Positions 57,672 to 64,000 of a stretch of DNA of 64,000 bases are shown here, piece by piece. The position numbers and the translations under genes are program-made. Numbering within the stretch: the first letter of the stretch is position 1; every line of letters begins with the position of its first letter. The notes beneath the pieces were generated by a model. The model was given only the letters and a program-made list of their open reading frames with translations. It did no database searches and had not been told where the DNA came from. This stretch comes from the human T2T-CHM13v2.0 reference genome, Homo sapiens, in NCBI RefSeq assembly GCF_009914755.1, contig NC_060925.1; one strand, given 5' to 3'.

Positions 57672-58292
57672 TGATATGGCTCCACTGAGTGGAGAATCAC
57701 CAGGGTTCTTTGCCTCGAGTCGAATTAGATAAAATGACATGGACACACATGGAGTGGTTTTAAGGAGCGGAGAGTTTAATAGGCAAGTAAGGAGGAAGAA
57801 GCTCCCTCACACAGAGACAGAGGGAGGCGGGCTCCAGAACCAAGAGAGGAAATCCCTTGTGCAACGGAAAAGTGGCTGCTTATATAAGGAGGTGGGAGGA
57901 GGTGGTGTCTGATTTGCATAGGGCTCAGGGGATTGATTTGACCAGGCATGTCACTCGCAAAACAACAACAACAACAACAAAAAAAAAAAAAACAAAACTG
58001 GCCCTCCCACCCTAGGCTTTTAATATGCAAATGCAGGGCACCATGATGTTCTACATGTGCGGGGATAGGTGGGGGCAAGGAAGAAGACAGCCGGAATTTC
58101 CATGTTTGGGTGGACCCAGTTACTAATGGCTAATATTTGGATATCAAAGGTTGCCTGCCCAGCTCTAAGACCTGGGGCTTTCCTGCTAGACAAGAAACAT
58201 TTCTGGAGCTGCTTTCAAGGAAATAAAAACTTTCCAAGTAGCCCTCTTCCTCTCTATCTGCCTAAAATAATTTCTTAATAACTCCTACAACA
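57672..58292 (-). mobile_element. ERV1 solo LTR (MER61-like)
   Basis: TG...CA ends with perfect TSD acac (57668-57671, 58293-58296); ends ctgcctaaaataatttcttaataactcctacaaca. Confidence 0.85.
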
Positions 58293-58386
58293 ACACAGTG
58301 AGAAAATTAATACTGAACTTTGCATCTATACTGGAAGAAATTGATCCTGCAGCCAGCTAGTGGTACATATTAAAATATAAGTTATA

Positions 58387-58994
58387 TGAGTAAGGAAAAA
58401 ATAATTTTGTCTCTTCCCTGATAAGTTCTTGGCTGCGGTCCTTGTAACAAAAGACAAATTAACAGGAGCAAAACAAACAAGTTTATTAACATTTATATTT
58501 CATATATACGTGGGAGATACCCAGAGCAATGTGTAGTTCAAAGTGGTGGCTTAGATTCAGGCCTAAATATCACCTTTAGCTAAATCAAAGAAAGAAGGGT
58601 GTTGGCAAAGTCAGTTACAGGGAGGAAACCAAGAAAAGCACATTAGACAAGAATAAGTTTTGCTATGTAGATTAAAGTCAGTACCTTCTCCATAGACTAG
58701 TCTCTCTTGTGATTTACAGTCATCCTGATTTTCCTGGTACAGAGAAGGAGACACCATTACAAATAGAGATTTTCTTTATAAATGTAAATTTCCATTATAA
58801 AAGGGTAACTTCTACTCTGTTTTAGAGCTTTTCCTGTGTCTGCTGTTTCTCAAAATAATCAGCTCAAAGTAATCCTTATGCCAAAGAGGCACATTTGAGG
58901 TGGCATATTCTGGCCTCCTACAGTCGTATTTTGGGGTGGCATATTCTGGTCTCTTACAGTCATATTTTGAAGTGGCATATTCTGGTCTCTGACA
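58387..58994 (-). mobile_element. ERV1 LTR (MER34-like)
   Basis: tttctcaaaataatcagctcaaagtaatccttatgccaaagaggc..gtggcatattctgg present three times. Confidence 0.8.
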
Positions 58995-59299
58995 GTGGTA
59001 ATATTTTTAAAGCATATTTTAAAGCAATCCAACCCAATTACAGGGTTAAAGTTATTTGAATCCTCAGCAAGTTTTCAAAATTTGCAAATTTGTTTTTGTT
59101 TCCTCATTTTTTTCTATCTTTTACTGTTCTTGTTTACCCTGGTGCTCTTTTGGCCTCACCTATATTTTAGCTGTTTAAATTTCATCTGGCACTTAACATC
59201 CCATATGCCTCCTTTTTCTTAATCCCATATGCCCCCTTTTTCTTCATGTCCTTCAAAAGCCTTTTCTCTGTAAGGTGATTTCAGCTAGGTGTTAGGAGT

Positions 59300-60064
59300 T
59301 GTTGACGAAAAGAGATGAACTCTGTAAAATATTTAAAGAGATGTATTCTGAGCCAAATGTGAGTGGCCATGGCCTGTGATGCAGCCTTCAGGAGGTCCTG
59401 AGAACATGTGCCCAAGGTGGTTGGGGCGCAGCTTGGTTTTATACATTTCAGAGAAGCGTGAGACATCAATCAAACATTTAAGAAATACATTGATTTGGTC
59501 CAGAAAGGTGGGAAAACTCAAAGTGAGGGCTCCCAGGCTATAGGTAAATTTAAACATTTTCTGATTGACAAATTGGTTGAGTTTGTCCAAAGACCTGGGA
59601 TTGATAGAAAGGGAATGTTCAGGTTAAGATAAAGACTGTGGAAACCAAAGTTCTTTTGAAGTCTTATAGTGGCTTCCCTTAGACACAATAGATGACAAAT
59701 GTTTCCTGTTCAGATCTTAGTTAATCTCTTTGGGATTGGGAGGGTCTGGAAGAAAAAGATCTAGCTGTGTTAATAGAGATTCTCTATAGACGCAAATTTT
59801 CCCCCACAAAGAATAGGGTCATTTCAGAATATGGCAAAAACAAAAACAAAACAAAACAAAACAAAAACCATGTTTTGGGGTTAAATATTTTGATTTTCTT
59901 GCTTGTCTTCTAATGTTATGCTAGAGTCAGGCTGGAAAGTAAGTCACAATAGACATGGTTAAATATCACCCATCTAATGAGAATTTATGATTTGTAGGGC
60001 ATGACTCACCAGACCCTTTAGATAAGAATTTGGGCAAGATTAAATAATCAGAGTTTAGTCCTCA
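59300..60064 (-). mobile_element. ERV1 solo LTR (MER4E-like)
   Basis: tgttgacgaaaagag..ggaggtcctgagaacatgtgcccaaggtgg..cagagtttagtcctca; TSD gagt/gaat. Confidence 0.88.
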
Positions 60065-60197
60065 GAATAAATAACTTATCTTTACTAGACTAGTTGTGAA
60101 AAATACACTTGGAGAAAAAAATATCTTATTAAAGTAACAAAATTCCAATACGATGGCTGCTTACTGGTTTTGTTCCTTCTGGGAAACAGAATCTTGA

Positions 60198-61205
60198 TGT
60201 TGTGAGGGCCAGGTTCTTTGTTCCCTTAAAGACTCACTGAAAAATCACTGACATGAGGCACATTAATTAATGGGGAAAAGGGCATATGAATTTATTTAAC
60301 ATTTATACATGAGAACCTTCAGAATGAAGACCTCCCCACAATAAGGTACCTAAGCTTATATACCATCTTGAGATTATAGAAAAAAGGTGGGCTTAGATTC
60401 TGGTAAAACAGGTTATGGGACGAGGGAGAAGAGGAATACTATTGAGGGGCAATAAATGATTACTTGGGGGAATGATTGGATCAGGAAACAAATTCTTAAT
60501 AGTTTTATTTGGAGTTAAATGATTCTTAGAGATAGCCATTATTTTGCAAAGGTTCTGTTTAGATGTGGTTACATTCTTGGGTCCTCTTTTCTGCTATTAC
60601 ATGGAGGGGAGGAAAAAAATGTTCTCTTTGGTGGGTCTGGAATTTAGGCAGACAAAGGAATCTTCAGAAAAGTTTTACCCACTAAAAACTGAGTTGGTAG
60701 ATGTGGAGGGAAAAACTGAGTTAATTGCTAAGTGGAAAAGGATCCGATTTGACCATTCTCCCATTTCTGGGAATAGGCCAGTCTCATTAAACAGCTGTGT
60801 CTAATTTTAGGACATGACATTGAAGATAGGCTTTCAAAAGAAGAAAGCGAAAATTAATGTTGAGAGCAGTCTAAGAACCCATGTCCTTAGAGTCTGGAGG
60901 GCAGCCAGTTGAAGTGTCCAGATGTTAGACTCAAAGCATCTTCAGTTAAAGTGAAAGAAGGCAGTGGCAATCTGACAAGTTTTTCCCACCTGTATTTCAA
61001 GGTATGCGCGTAAGCTTGCAGGGCCTTAGGAAAAAGGTAGTGGCAATTTCTTTAAGTCCAAGTGAGAAAAACAGAATAAAAATGTAAAAATCTGTTTAGA
61101 GACTTGTAGTCAGGAAAGAATTTAGCATTCAATCTAAATTGTAAGTAAATAATAAAAACTGAAAAACAATGGAAGAAGCTAGAATTTAATAACAAGTATA
61201 CTATA

Positions 61206-61208
<3 letters not shown>
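60198..61208 (-). mobile_element. ERV1 LTR (about 60198-60680) followed by MER4-group internal sequence
   Basis: aaatcactgacatgaggc..atttatttaac..cttcagaatgaagacc (LTR-like), then ccagtctcattaaacagctgtgtc..gtctggagggcagccagttgaag (internal-like). Confidence 0.6.

Positions 61209-64000
<2,792 letters not shown>

Noticed and set aside
58892-58994. 36-bp periodic repeat as a CRISPR-like array
   Set aside because: The units are contiguous with no unique spacers, sit inside an ERV LTR, and the genome is eukaryotic.

Overview
This is AT-rich, CpG-depleted primate genomic DNA, human or another ape judging by Alu elements and a young L1PA2/3-type insertion. I see no supportable host protein-coding exon, rRNA, tRNA or CRISPR array. 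Most of the window is a layered transposon landscape: old L1M fragments, three L1s that keep both ends but lack their middles, a 5'-inverted L1PA2/3, about 13 Alus, MIR and L2 remnants, hAT-Charlie and mariner (MADE1) elements, MaLR/ERVL LTRs, and a dense cluster of ERV1-class LTRs at about 50.8-61.2 kb. Apparently non-repetitive islands lie at roughly 12-14.3 kb, 15-16.4 kb, 28.4-29.6 kb and 54-56.85 kb. All ORFs with recognisable homology are decayed L1 ORF1/ORF2 or Alu translations. I did not find a convincing new biological system. The best leads are a 32-bp locally templated insert at an Alu 5' end, a 90-nt hairpin in unique DNA, three neighbouring internally deleted L1s (one fusing the 5'UTR in frame to ORF2), a nested AT-rich palindrome, and an enhancer-like repeat-free island ringed by LTRs. 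Repeat subfamily names come from recalled consensus sequences, not a RepeatMasker run, and boundaries are approximate unless a TSD is quoted.
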